From NCBI RefSeq assembly GCF_000002075.1, contig NW_004797539.1, positions 554,894 through 618,893 on the forward strand: 64,000 bases of DNA, in the 5' to 3' direction. Each line of letters opens with the position of its first letter. Within the stretch, counting starts at the first letter, position 1. Position numbers and translations under genes: made by a program. The notes under the pieces were generated by a model. It was given only the letters and a program-made list of their open reading frames with translations. It had not been told where the DNA came from and made no database searches. This document shows, one piece after another, positions 1 to 12,358 of this stretch. Source of the stretch: Aplysia californica. Taxonomy: Eukaryota.

Positions 1-225
1 TCTCCACTGCCCACAGACAAAATTGTACGCTTTTAGTAGGCTACAGTTGTAAAGGAACGTTTGTTCACGGCACAGAATTTTACAATTTTTCTGTTATCAC
101 AGTAGTGTAGAATTCTGTGGTTTAGGGTGAACGCAAAATTTGGTGAACGCGCACCGGGTGAGAATAGCCACAAGACTCGCCTGCACTATTGTCTATTCTC
201 ACTCCGGGTGAGAATAGAGGTGGCC
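1..225 (+). mobile_element. Right end of MULE-like non-autonomous element, family A (truncated by window edge)
   Basis: Nearly identical to 27735-27973; ends ...GAGAATAGAGGTGGCC with subterminal CTATTCTCAC/GGTGAGAATAG repeats. Confidence 0.85.
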
Positions 226-239
226 TTATTCGAACTTAC

Positions 240-503
240 CGCTTAATCTGAGAATCCAAGGCAAATTTGCTGTAATGTCCTGTGTCTTTAATTTTCAGGA
301 CAGAGAATGAACCATCATCGTGCCTGGCAGCAATAGTGTCTCTCAGCGAGCTGTTTTTCACCCATGTTATTGGATTAGCTTCACTGTTTGGGTAATGCAG
401 AGGGGTCAAATAACTCTGCTCGCTATCCATAGCTGCAGAATATCGTTCCTGGAAAGCTATAAAAGTTTCATCTTTCTGTAGCAAACTGGGTACACGGCAT
501 TGT
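240..503 (-). CDS. Candidate exon of an unidentified gene divergent from FUOM
   Basis: Acceptor TTTTACAG|A at 504/503 and consensus donor CG|GTAAGT at 240/239. The 264 nt are open in one frame (...MDSEQSYLTPLHYPNSEANPITWVKNSSLRDTIAARHDDGSFSVLKIKDTGHYSKFALDSQIKR; ATG at 430). No recognised homology. Confidence 0.45.
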
Positions 504-1085
504 CTGTAAAATCAATCAAAAGCACGGGACAAGGACAAAATGCATGAACCTGTCTCCAAGTGTGTGTGTGAAGTTCATGTTTTGATCGCGATCATGTGTG
601 CAATCTGGGCTTGTCACATGACACAAAAGAAACATTGGTGTTTACATTCTAAAACCAAGTAAAAATTGATGTCGAATCAATTTTCGCCCAAACATTGTAG
701 CCTACCTTTATGTATTTTGACTAGATTAGATATTACATTATCATTTTTTCATCAAAGTGATAAAGTGTATTTTATCAGACCTTGTGTGAATAGTCTTTTT
801 CTCCCACAATAAAGGCACAATTACTAATTTTAACGGATTCGGTAAATAGTACGCTTTGGGGTCAAAGTTGAAACAATACGCCTTGTTTACACCTCGTCTC
901 GCAACTCGCAAGGAAAAGAGCCACCACTGTACTCACGCCACGCACACGACACCTCAAGGTTCTCCAGGTGGACTCACGCAACCAAAGAAGGGGTCAAGAA
1001 ATCTTCGTGACGGCTGACAAATTTATGGTATTTGAGTCTTGCAACTTTGCGAAAAGTAGAACAAGACAAGAGAAGTGCAGCTATC

Positions 1086-4000
1086 ATGCCTCTGAAAGGA
1101 ATTCCAAGTCAGCTGTCTCCAGAACTGCTGAAGGTTCTTGCTGCTATGGGCCACGGTGATGAGCTCAGTAAGGAAGGACTTTAAAGTTAAAGATAATTTA
1201 GAAGACAGTCCCTCTTTTTAAAATAATTAGTTTTCATACTTATTTTACCCACAAGATTTTAGATAAATGTTTACTTTCATGGCTATTCTCACCCGCCCGG
1301 AAGTTCTCGCAAGATCAACTCCTCCCCTCTTCTCTCTCTCTCTCTGTCTCTTTCTGAATACTNNNNNNNNNNNNNNNNNNNNNNNNNNNNNNNNNNNNNN
1401 NNNNNNNNNNNNNNNNNNNNNNNNNNNNNNNNNNNNNNNNNNNNNNNNNNNNNNNNNNNNNNNNNNNNNNNNNNNNNNNNNNNNNNNNNNNNNNNNNNNN
1501 NNNNNNNNNNNNNNNNNNNNNNNNNNNNNNNNNNNNNNNNNNNNNNNNNNNNNNNNNNNNNNNNNNNNNNNNNNNNNNNNNNNNNNNNNNNNNNNNNNNN
1601 NNNNNNNNNNNNNNNNNNNNNNNNNNNNNNNNNNNNNNNNNNNNNNNNNNNNNNNNNNNNNNNNNNNNNNNNNNNNNNNNNNNNNNNNNNNNNNNNNNNN
1701 NNNNNNNNNNNNNNNNNNNNNNNNNNNNNNNNNNNNNNNNNNNNNNNNNNNNNNNNNNNNNNNNNNNNNNNNNNNNNNNNNNNNNNNNNNNNNNNNNNNN
1801 NNNNNNNNNNNNNNNNNNNNNNNNNNNNNNNNNNNNNNNNNNNNNNNNNNNNNNNNNNNNNNNNNNNNNNNNNNNNNNNNNNNNNNNNNNNNNNNNNNNN
1901 NNNNNNNNNNNNNNNNNNNNNNNNNNNNNNNNNNNNNNNNNNNNNNNNNNNNNNNNNNNCCACCAGATTTTTTTACACCCTGGATTAGTCGAAAGTGCAG
2001 AAATTGTTGCGCAATTATGCTTGGTGTACGTGTTATAATAGAATCTTAATGTAATTCGAGTAAAAAAACATGAATTATTAAAAAAACTATTTATTTGTGA
2101 TGAATATTAGGGATTACGTCAGATTTGTTTTAAACAGTAATGAAAAAGAAAAGTGCTATACCACACACAATGTTGACTACATGATGAGACGGGAGTGAAA
2201 GGAAAAAAATAATTAATAAAAAAACAAACAATTTTCATAACTTTACAGGCAAAATTTTTGTAAAATTGTATATCTGCCCTTTCTAACCTGATACATCCTG
2301 ACTGAAATGGAAACTTTAAAAAAAATCTTTCAGTTTCTTGGCACTTGTCATGATGATTACTGTCTCTATCATGGCACTGTACAGCACCAACCATACCATA
2401 ACTCTTTTTTCCTCTGTGCTGAGTAACAAAGGCTGAAGATGAAAAAAAAAACCTCTGAAAAAGGCTGAAAGGACTGTGTGTAAAAATTACAACTTGAATT
2501 ATCCCTACACCCTTTTAAATACAGTCAAACCTTATTATACGGCCCCCTTTTAACCACCAGCCTCCAATTACCACCAGGTCTTGCTAATATACACGTAAAG
2601 AAATGCCTAATAAACAGAGTATAATTTGGACCGTTACACCGCCATCCGCTAAAAGTCTTAGTTGTACGGTCCTTATTAAATTAACTAATGTAAATTTGCC
2701 CTGTTTCACTGCCAACAGATTTATTAGCTGCCACAGCTACTCACATACTAAGCATGGCACACATCCGGAGCTGCTTGAAAATCACACGTCTGTGGGAGTT
2801 CAGCTTATATGTAGTGTTTTTCTGCCGAGTGGCTCCTCATTTGTGCTGATTTAACTGATGATAAAATATAGAAAAAAAGAGAGAAAAAGAAATTGGAATA
2901 ATTTTTTTTAACTGCCTGGAAAAAGAAACTTCAAAGGAACTGTCACGACTTCGGCCTTGTTGGTAAAATATTTTGGCATCACCAAATATCAGAACTGTGA
3001 CGGAAGGGCTGGCTTTTATATTGAGAGGACTCAGGCTCAAGTATATTTGAAAGGTCTGAGGCTGCTCAAGGACTGATGAGTATCAGGTGCAAAATAATTT
3101 AATTAAAGTCTACAGGGTCCTTGACACATAAAGCCTCGCTTCAAATCCAGCTGAAATTTTCAATCTGAATTGGCTTAAAGTTCAGCTTGCACTGTACATG
3201 TATGTATGTAATTGGTTGCTACTCATTTTTCCCCTTTGCATGGAAAATGCGAAAGATAAATTTGTATAAAAATGAGTCAAAGACTGGCGACAGCTTGTCT
3301 CTAGTCCCTACTAGTCTACCAATAGTCAAGATGGCAACTGGTGCTAACTCGTTAAACCACCAGCCCTGCTGTATTGCCAGTTTTATGCTTGTGCCAAGGT
3401 AGTCAGTATAATGGGGTTTGACTGTGAATAATGCTAGTTCAACTTGCAAGTTCACCATAGGGTATTTTTTATAGGATAACTATGGCTGCTCTGTTGACTG
3501 CACTGTTAATTTCCAATGCCTCTCCATGACATTATTGTATCCTTTGCTGTTTCTGCTCATTCTCTAGCTTCTTATAACACTCTTATAACATTACTATTTT
3601 CCCATAGTATTCTGTAGGCCTATTTAAATATTTCATCATTTATGTTATTTATGTTCACTCTTTGATTTTGATAAATTTGTTTTGCATAGAGGAGATATCG
3701 GTGTGTCAAATTAATGAAAACAATCTGAACTTCTAATTTATGTTATTAAAATATCAAGACAATGATGTGCAATCTCCTAAATATATTTTTTTTAAAATAC
3801 TGGTTTCTAAAGCAAATGTTTTTAATTTTTAAATTGCAATCCACAGTTCTTGCTGATGCACATTTTCCAACAGCTTCTATTTGTAAAAGTGGCCCTCAAG
3901 AAGTGAGAGCAGATGGTGAGATATATATGTTTTGCTTTTTAAATCTGTTTTATTAGAGGTGCATAATGATTCGAAAGAGTAGCTATCGGTATTGAGTCCT

Positions 4001-7000
4001 GCCTGCATTACATAGAATGACAGAATAAAATGGTTTGGCCACCTGTTACGTATGTCACCTGGCCAACCAGCCTCGAGAGCCTACTACACAAAGCACTCTG
4101 ACTATAAAGGAAGATGAAGGTCACGCAAAACGTGGATCGAAGGTGTCAAGGAAACCCTGAGAAAACATAATATCACAACTGAAAGAGCTGTGGAGCTGGC
4201 CTACCGTAGAAAACTGCATCTCCCCTCAAGGCTTAACGGCAACAGAGGATGAAAAAGTAAAGTAAAGTAAGCCTAATGGTTTGGCCTCTTTTATTGCTGT
4301 TGTCGTTCACAGTTTAGTCTTTTGTAAGAACCAATTGTTCTTTGCTCCTTAGATGCCAAGAAAATGCTTCACTCAGAACGGTGATTTTATTTATCATTGT
4401 TGTGCAAGAAGGTGCATAGTCGAAATTGTCTAAGATAGCAGGGGCTCTCGTGGTGTAGATGTGCAGTATTCACCTTTCATTCAATTGGTCCCACGTTTGA
4501 AACCTGACAGTGACGGAAACATTTTCTTTTCTAAAATTTTATTCTCTCACATTTTTTGCGGTTCACTAAACATATAATTAGTTTTCTGCTTTAAATTTCA
4601 CTTCCAGGTAGAAGTTTTGGACTTTGTCTTTTTTTTTTATTTAAAGAATAAAATATACAAGAGGGGAAGTGGGAAGTTGTCATTTGTACAGGTGATTGTC
4701 TTGGATAGGTGGCCGTTACAGCAGGTTTGACTGTATAGAATGATTATAACAGAACATTTGTTAGATAATCTAGGCATTTGTATTTTATCATAGAGTTTTG
4801 TGGTATTTTTAAGAAAGCATGAAACCAATGGGGTTGAACTTGCAGGATATGAATTGAAATCACCGCCATCCTCTTTGATTAGTCTGGTAAATTGTCAAGC
4901 ACTCTATCTCTTTTTGACATGAATCATTACTACTAAAACTGATGAATGAGTTTTTTGAGACTTGATAGCCCAGTGACGTACATATTAATCTTCATTTATC
5001 CATGCCTTACAGCTTCTAGACATTTCTTCTTTAAAAAAAATATGTCCAGGATGAAATTTTTTCCAGTTTCCTTGCTATGCAGCTTTGGGTTGGTTGAGCT
5101 TTATCAAATTGCTCTTCATTAGGCCAGTGTCATTATACAATTGCCCTTATAAATAAATTTCTGGCGGTTTTCAAATAAAGACATTATACGAATAAAAATA
5201 TCGTCAAGAGGCATTATTTTACAGAAAAGTTTGGTTCTGTTTCATTGTCACCCTTCCAGTTTTAAATATATTGAGAGCCTAAGTTAGGTTTTAAAATTTT
5301 TTTCTCAAATCATAAAAATATGACCTAGGTGCATTTAAGATGAAACAAACGATTACTAAAATTGCCATTAATATTGAGTCATTTTTGTTCCTTTTTATTT
5401 GTCTTACAGGCTTGCGTGCTACAGATTTGCTGAAAGGTGTTATGCAACTTCTTCCATTAGACCAGTATGAAAAATACCCGGTAGGTCCACCTGTTGCTCA
5501 GATTTCAGAATTCTTTTGTTATCATATACTATGAAATATAGATAGGGGCCTGTCTTTGTCCAAGAGTAAGAAATGAAGCATACTTAATGGCTTCACCTAC
5601 AGATTTAATTGTTTTCCATGACAAATTTCTGTTGTAGAATAATCGATTTTGAAAGTTGCAATTATAGTATCTGAGTTAATTTGAAGCTTCCTTTGAGGGT
5701 GTAATTAAATTTATGATAAAAAAGTGAGAGGTGTTTTCAGTAATGGGCATTTTTAAAGTGAATTTCTGGAGGAAAAAGGATGTTCAAAACTTTTTTCTTT
5801 TATGCCATGTATCATTTCTTTTTCTTTTCTGGTTGATGAACATAACCGAAAGAGTCCCATGAATATTAAACTTTTGTATGCCAAGGGGGATCCTATTAGT
5901 TTATCTGTGTGTTGTCGGTGACGAACTCTGGGACATAAAAGGAATCTTTTTGGGGCTCAGGATGATTCCTGATCATCTCCTCATTATTGATTGGTTCTGA
6001 CAGTAACTTTATTTTTATATATATATAACCATCTTAAAGCCTGTCTATTTGCCTTACTTTTGATAGAAAAAGTATTCATATATCTTGGATACAAGTGAAG
6101 ATATTGGTGATTGAAGGAGGTGGGGGGCGGCTGGTTTGAGAGATAAAATTAGCGAACAAATGGCCACCAAAGTTGAGTTATTTCCCTAGCTTGAGAGTCG
6201 GTGGAAGCTAAAAATGTACATCTTTTGTGCTTTTAATTAACATTTTTCAGTATTAACCACACAGAGAAATATCCTTTAAAGGGCATGAAAGATGTTGAGC
6301 CAAAAAAACAAAATTTGATTAACATTCCCAAAACTGCGGAAAAATGCCTATTTCTTGACTTTCATTATTTTGACGAGTGTCTGATTTCACTATGCCGCCT
6401 CACATATTAGGCCTATCCGTACGCCCTGGGGTCATTTTGTACCTCCGGGGTTGTATTCTTCACATTTTTAGAATACTTCTAGTACGAAGATCTCTTTGAA
6501 ACTTTCAGAATTTCTCAAGAAATCATTTTGATAGACTGCTGTGCAAAGCGTATGGATCGGATAAACAAGTTAATTTCTTCTTTGGAAGTGGTGGCACAGA
6601 ATTCCCCATGTTCTTTTGATACGATAGTAAAACACAATGTTTGGATAGGGTTAATAATGCTTAGTTTATATAGCAAAATAGGCCTACTCCATTCTCAATG
6701 AAAACTTGAATAACAAACATGTTGTATGTTTTCCCATAGGTTGCCAGAATGGATCTTGTGCCATCAGACAAAGAGGCAGGTCTGAAAACGCCCATATGGG
6801 ATGCCTATCAGCAGATCCTGAATGAAGCTGAAAAAACACAGGTTCCATTTTTTAGAAGTATTTCCTCTCAGTAGGGGTCAGCAACCTTTTCAGCCAAGCA
6901 GGCTACAATGGAACTCAGAGAAGGCCCTCTTGAAAATAGCGGTACATATAATGACAACGACAACTCAATGACAGTGTAACTGATCTTGATTTTTTACAAA

Positions 7001-10000
7001 ATCAGCTTTGGTCATGTGGGTAATTGGTGGGTGTTCTTGTGTGGTTTGTTCCTTCCTAGGCAGAACGTTACAATGATTAAGTACAGGGGCATTAGTCTGG
7101 ACAGAAACCCTCATAGGGCCAGAACCGGCCTGAAGGTTGGAGACCCCTGCTCCACTTAAAACAGAATCGGAGGACGGATTACAATTTAACTTTTTTTAAT
7201 GATGGGAAAATGTATTATCAGGACTTCATTGTTTCCTATGGGCATAATATAATTCCTCAAAGGCAGTGGTGTGGCTCTCCAAGCGCAAATGCCGCCACCC
7301 TTTGAAATGGAGAAGGGATTTTTGAAAATGGGAATACGATTTTCCAAAACTTAACAAAATACTACAATATTCTCTTCAAACAAATCTCTTATTCAGTGTT
7401 CATCCCCAAGTACGCCAGTCTTTAGTTAAGGTGTCTATAATTAGACGGGAGGAGGGTGGGTAAGCCTTCCTTTGCCGGTCGCAAGGGTCTCCCAGCGTCT
7501 TTCGTTCCCTACGTCTGACGTCACTGAGGGCGCCGAGCCCAGATCTGTGCTACCTGAACCAGTGTCTATGCTTGATCCCATCTGGGTGTTCATTGTTTAG
7601 GTGTGAACCCTGGTCAAAATAATTCAAAATGATCTATAAACTATTTGAGTCAATCAGTTGAAAACAGGGTTTTCTTTCCAAGAATAGCAAAAAAGTTTCT
7701 TTCATACCCCATCCAGACATTTGACGGAAGACACAAGAGATATCCCCTAGAACATAACTCAGCCAGAAATGCTACAACAGGTACTCCCATCACACTAGAG
7801 ATGTACTGTTGGGTCAAAGGGCCAAGATGGATTTGGCGCCTGTATGGTAGAGAGGGGATGGAGTGGTTACGAACTATCTAAAAATAGGTTTGACTGTCTG
7901 CTTTCTAGAAACCAGAGCTGCAAGTGAATCAGGGAATGGGGTCATTATGTCAAGACGCCCCGAGGGTAAAAGTGCATGCGTGTTCTTGACTGTGAATGTG
8001 TGCTTTTCTGTTGATCTGTGGGAAGTTATTGTTTTGTGCGTGATTATGATGTGATGTGATTGTGCGCGATTATGATGTGATGTGATTGTGCGCAACTTGA
8101 GCGCCGAACTTGGTTCTTTATCATCAGATCTCTCTCTGTATATAAAAGATTGTACCGGCACTTATCTATTCTTCTCGCATGAAAGTAGGTGTCCCTGTTT
8201 CAGTATTAAAATTAAACGAAGAGGCGTATATAGTAGGTCTACAGTTTATAGGCCTTTAATAAGTAGGCAATACTATTCGATGTGCATAAATTTGTTCTTG
8301 GCGCCACCTTCTCTGGAAATGACGCCATGCCCCTGCTCAAAGGTAATCTTTGAAATTCTGTACTGTCTACCCTTTTTATATTGTTCCACCAACTGCACAC
8401 AAGTTGTAAAGGTGGCAGTTTCAAGAATAAGATGAAAATGTTTAAAAGCAGATTAATCATCGTATATATTACTACTGCAGATCAGAGTTTTAATATGGTG
8501 ATAAAAAGCCTTGCGTTAAACTTTTAAAGACCTTTCTTTTTCAGTGTTATTGATTTTAAAGGTTGTAGTATCATTATCTTAAACTATATTGTGATTTCTG
8601 AAGTGAGTAAAAGAAACCGCATTTTAAATCCGCCAGTTTCCCCTATCATATTATGGAATATCCAGCTGATAATCGGAGGGCACCCTGGAAAGTCATATAT
8701 TTTCTTTCCCTCTGTGGTTTATGTTTGTCTACCTTACCTTTTCCTTGCTTAGTGAATGCTATTGTGTTGATGTACAGTTAAGACCTGCTCTAATTGTAAC
8801 TGCCACCTGTCAATGACAGTCACTTGTACTTGTAAATGACCCCTTCCCAGTTCTCCCCTTGCATTAAGAAAAATTATAATAACACTGCCCAAGAAGTCCA
8901 CCTGTCTAAGACAACCACTTTTCACTTGATAATGGGTGGCTGTCTTGGACAATGTTGACTGTACTTCTCATTCTCTTGAATGAAATTAAATTGAACTTAC
9001 TTTTTTTTTTTCACTTCTTTCTGCTTGTGAAAAGATATGACCTATGCAGCCAGTTGTTTACTCTCCTGAAGCCTAGACCAAACTGAGTGGCATTATACAT
9101 ACAGCTACAGTCAAAACTGTTTAAGACGGTCACCCGTTGTCCAGGAGAAAAGTGGTTGTCTTAAACAAGTGAATGTCTTGGACAGTGCCATTATAGTATT
9201 TAAAAAGTGCAATGGAGATTTGGGGGAAGGGGTGAGTGGGAAATGGTGGTTTGTACAGGAAATTATCTTGGACGGGTTGTTGTTACAGCAAGTTTCCCCC
9301 CCGGGGCAGTGCCACTGACTGTAGTGTCTTTAGGCCATTCCCAAAGGGGAGACATTTCTCGTTCAAGCACAGTAGAATTGTAAATGGGCTGATTCATGTC
9401 ATGCTCATAACTGTGCCTGATCTACAACAGGGAAAAGCTGCTTTTTCTTTCCTAATCCTTACTATTGTCCTATTCCTCTACTTCTTTTGTATGTTTGTCA
9501 CTCTCTTGTGATTGTGACCTGCTATTTCCGGGGTGCCTTGATAGCTGAAGCAGACCTTGTGCTGTTGAAGCTAGAGAGGTGAGCAGAGTAAGTCTGATTC
9601 CCTGTAAAGACTTCTCTGTTGACACCCACCCCTTGGGGGTCATATGACCTTATGCAATTGTGAGCGCCTTAAAACCCTCAACAACAAAAAAAGCAGGTTT
9701 GTGGGTGGTTGGTGGGTGCTCTGGTATGGTTTGCTGCTCCTTCTTTTTGATCAAACATCTATCGTCCTTATCTCCCCTCCTTCTATTTTGTATTTGTTAC
9801 TCTCTTGTAACACCTCTAATCTTCGGCACTTATATGAGCTTATTGTGTTGCAAGTGCCGTAAAACTCTTACTAAAACAAAAGAGCTGGTTCGACTGTATT
9901 TTGCACTGTAATTACAGTATAACACAGGTATCTTGAATTTGTCGGGACCGGCCTCGGTGATCAGTGTTATGGCATCGGCTATGTCAGAGAATCAAGGGAA

Positions 10001-12358
10001 ACAACAAAGATTGCTACTTTAGGGGCAAAACAATGATGAGCAACGATTTCGAGTTTGATCGGTAATGAGCCTACTGGTACCAAGACGGTTTATTTGTGCA
10101 GGTCAATGTGAGCGGTCTTTTGTCTGCCCCAATCGAACAGTGCCTTTTCAAATTTTCCAAAACATCAGCAATTTGATAGGATAAACTTTAAGCAACAGTA
10201 ATCAACAACATGATGGAAACAATGCATTTCTACCCCGCCTCTCCCACAAACGCGCATTCCTTTGCAAAGAGGGGTGGGGAGGCGGATCGTGTGATGCACA
10301 ACCCTTCCCCTCCTCCGCTCCACACAAGCTTAGATAGGCCTAGGGCTTATAATCATTGGGCATGCATGTGGAGCAGTGCGCTAAAAATAGCACAGCTGGC
10401 TGCTTCTGCAGAGGGGGAAGGTGGTATTTTACTGACCTTGCCTTTTTCTGTTGTTTTTAAAAAATTATTATTTTGTCTCAAATGCACTTCAAAGGACATT
10501 GACTTTAGACCTCTACAGCGGCGTAATTAGTTTGACTATTCCGCGTTTTTGTTCGAGCTTCGCGTAATTTTCTTACAAAGATAAAGGAGAAAAAAAAATG
10601 GGAACACACGCACAGTTCGACGGATGCATGATTTCGGGTCTTCTGTGTTCGACCAATCCGTGTTATACTGTATAGATAATAATATAAATAATGTACTTAC
10701 ACACTTACATTTCTGGGGTTTTTTTCCCTTTTGATTTTAAGGTTTGTTGATTGAAATACTACTGCTTGTTGTTGTAGTGTCGTTGTGCAGTAATGATATT
10801 GTGGCTTTTACCAACATATTATTTTCTTTTGGCAAAGACATTTAATGAGTAGAATTTGTATGCACCCACATTGCTTTTATCTTTTTTTTTTGTAGGTCCA
10901 AATTGAATATGTGGAGAGATTTGCCTTTTATGAAAGGGCAAAGAAAGCATTTGCTATTGTAGCAACAGGGTAAGTTCAATTAGAGCATAATTTTTATGTT
11001 TTATTTTAAATGTTTTATTTCATGAGCATGAGTTTAAAATCGATGTGTATGCTGAAACCACTGCTCATGTCTTTTACATGTTTATGGGTCACAAATTGCA
11101 AAACTTAAGCTTTTAGGGGGCTAGCTGTTGATGCTCACTACTATGTGCTCATTCTGATATGATTTGCTTCTTCTTTTTGCTCTCACTGAAGTCATCATCT
11201 GTTCCTTGCAAAATCTGTCAGTTAACCACAACAGCTACAGATGAAGTGAACTTGACACAAACATGTTGATCATAAGAAAGTGTTATTAAAAGAATTTGTG
11301 CAATTTTCATGGGTAAGCCTGACTGATCGCGGTCTGTAATATGTCGACAATAAAAATTATATGTAAGAAATTAAAACAAAATGAAGTTGATCGTTGGAGT
11401 TTAAGAGAGGCAACAGAGAAATGTTATTGTGATGGTGATTTGTTGATGTAAGAGACTTATTTTCAAATGCTTGTTTTATTGCCTGGCTTTTATTAGGAAG
11501 AAATTCAAACTGTTCCTGGTTTTCTTGCACATTATGTGAAGTTTTTGTTTTAAATTGGAACGAATCATAATATTTTACTAAATTTAAAAGGTGTTTTGTG
11601 CCCTCATTGACACACTTTAGACATTAAAGAGGCAGGCTTTGACCCTACCTGTCAAGGCCAACCAGGGTTGGGATGGATAAAAAGTTCCAGCAAAAAGACA
11701 GACACTCCAAAAAATTCTCTGACATGGGAATTGAACTCATGTCTCATGTATGCGAAATCAAAGCACCTAACTGTACACCACAGACGTAGGTCATTAATTT
11801 TGTCATATAGTAGGGTTGCTCATTTTACATAAATAGTTTGATTCTTCTTCGAACAATTATGATCAGCAGTCGCAATGGTTGTCTTATTTTATTTTTAGTG
11901 TATGTTTTCTTTTGTCAGAACATCCTTGTTGGAACATGTATAGGTGCATGAATGTATTTGAAAGGATTGTTGTACATTCAATGGGATGGTATGCATGAAA
12001 CACCTCATTATGTCAGCTGTTGAAATTTTATTATTTTAGTACGGTATTATTTTAGGTTTTGTTGAATCCCAGGTTTCAACATGATGTTATTGAAATTGAC
12101 ATTAATAACGATAAATACCTTGAATTTAGATTCAATTTACATTTACATTATACTGACTTTGACAGATACATCTTTATACTATAGTAACATATAAAGACAA
12201 TGGAGCAATGATGATTTTTTAACAATTCTATATAATATACTTGTATTAGGATATATTATTTTTGTAACTCTCTATCACTGCCTTTATTCTTTTCCTGTTT
12301 TCTCAGGGAAACAGAGCAGTATGCCAATATCATTTTGAAGAAAGGATGTCTTGTGTAG
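1086..12358 (+). CDS. FUOM: Fucose mutarotase (RbsD/FucU family), 149 aa
   Basis: join(1086..1167,3847..3915,5410..5480,6740..6841,10896..10969,12307..12358), 450 nt, all GT-AG with matching phases. Protein [35 protein letters not shown]...[35 protein letters not shown] carries the [22 protein letters not shown] and TGE..YAN..LKKG family motifs. Confidence 0.96.
1280..1362 (+). mobile_element. Internally deleted family A fragment in FUOM intron 1, running into a gap
   Basis: TGGCTATTCTCACCCG joined directly to CCCGGAAGTTCTCGCAAGATC...TTTCTGAATACT, matching segments of 27193-27535. Confidence 0.75.
1363..1959. other. Assembly gap (N run)
   Basis: Run of n. Confidence 1.
3990..4271 (+). mobile_element. 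3' end of an RTE-clade LINE
   Basis: Translates as RIKWFGHLLRMSPGQPASRAYY...GR*RSRKTWIEGVKETL, the typical RTE ORF C-terminus, followed by an (AGTAA)n tail. Confidence 0.75.
4444..4545 (+). mobile_element. tRNA-derived SINE fragment, family S1
   Basis: A-box-like GCTCTCGTGGTGTAGA and B-box-like GTTTGAAACC; homologous to the minus-strand copy at 19120-19219. Confidence 0.55.
6000..6403 (-). mobile_element. ~420-bp non-autonomous DNA element, family M (Sola1-like by AWWT flanks)
   Basis: Homologous to 44314-44711, 58719-59153 and 62421-63691; ends ...CCGCCTCAC|ATAT. Left boundary approximate. Confidence 0.6.
6412..6650 (+). mobile_element. piggyBac-like MITE, family L
   Basis: CCTATCC...GGATAGGG|TTAA termini; further copies at 47814-48037 (reverse) and 16297-16428 (partial). 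Confidence 0.7.
6872..7149. mobile_element. hAT-Charlie-like MITE
   Basis: Termini TAGGGGTCAGCAACC...GGTTGGAGACCCCTG; no clear TSD. Confidence 0.5.
8035..8093 (+). repeat. 26-bp tandem repeat, ~2.3 copies
   Basis: Unit TGTGCG(T/C)GATTATGATGTGATGTGAT. Confidence 0.85.
8775..8961 (-). mobile_element. Tc1/pogo-like MITE, family K
   Basis: TA|CAGT...ACTG|TA. Inverted sister copy at 9108-9321; others at ~4640-4733, 38715-38913 and 59428-59595. Confidence 0.7.
9108..9321 (+). mobile_element. Tc1/pogo-like MITE, family K
   Basis: TA|CAGTCAAAACTG...GACTG|TA. Confidence 0.7.
9333..9692 (+). mobile_element. Retroposon (SINE or LINE 3' end), family Q
   Basis: Strongly similar to 50798-51180; ends ATGACC..TTG..GCGCCTTAAAAC plus an A/C-rich tail. 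Confidence 0.65.
9700..9881 (+). mobile_element. Short retroposon, family R
   Basis: Copies or fragments at ~7017, 36597-36760, 39895-39960, 48936-49010 and 50665-50792; tail ...GTGCCGTAAAACTCTTACTAAAAC. Confidence 0.65.
9915..10670. mobile_element. Tc1/pogo-like non-autonomous element
   Basis: TA|CAGTATAACAC...GTGTTATACTG|TA. Confidence 0.75.
11585..11790 (-). mobile_element. tRNA-derived SINE, family S2
   Basis: Minus strand reads TGTGGTGTACAGTTAGG (A box) ...GAGTTCAATTCCC (B box); similar to 24085-24310. Confidence 0.6.

Noticed and set aside
1267-2049. Long ORFs spanning N gaps (also 25155-25679 and 31497-31985)
   Set aside because: Artefacts of N runs and GA/CT microsatellites.
2345-2430. 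ATGATGA...CTGA spacing resembling a C/D-box snoRNA in FUOM intron 1
   Set aside because: Weak terminal stem and no convincing rRNA-complementary guide.
4444-4510. tRNA-like sequences (also near 11750, 19180, 24100, 60240)
   Set aside because: No complete cloverleaf; they continue into shared non-tRNA bodies, so they are SINE heads.
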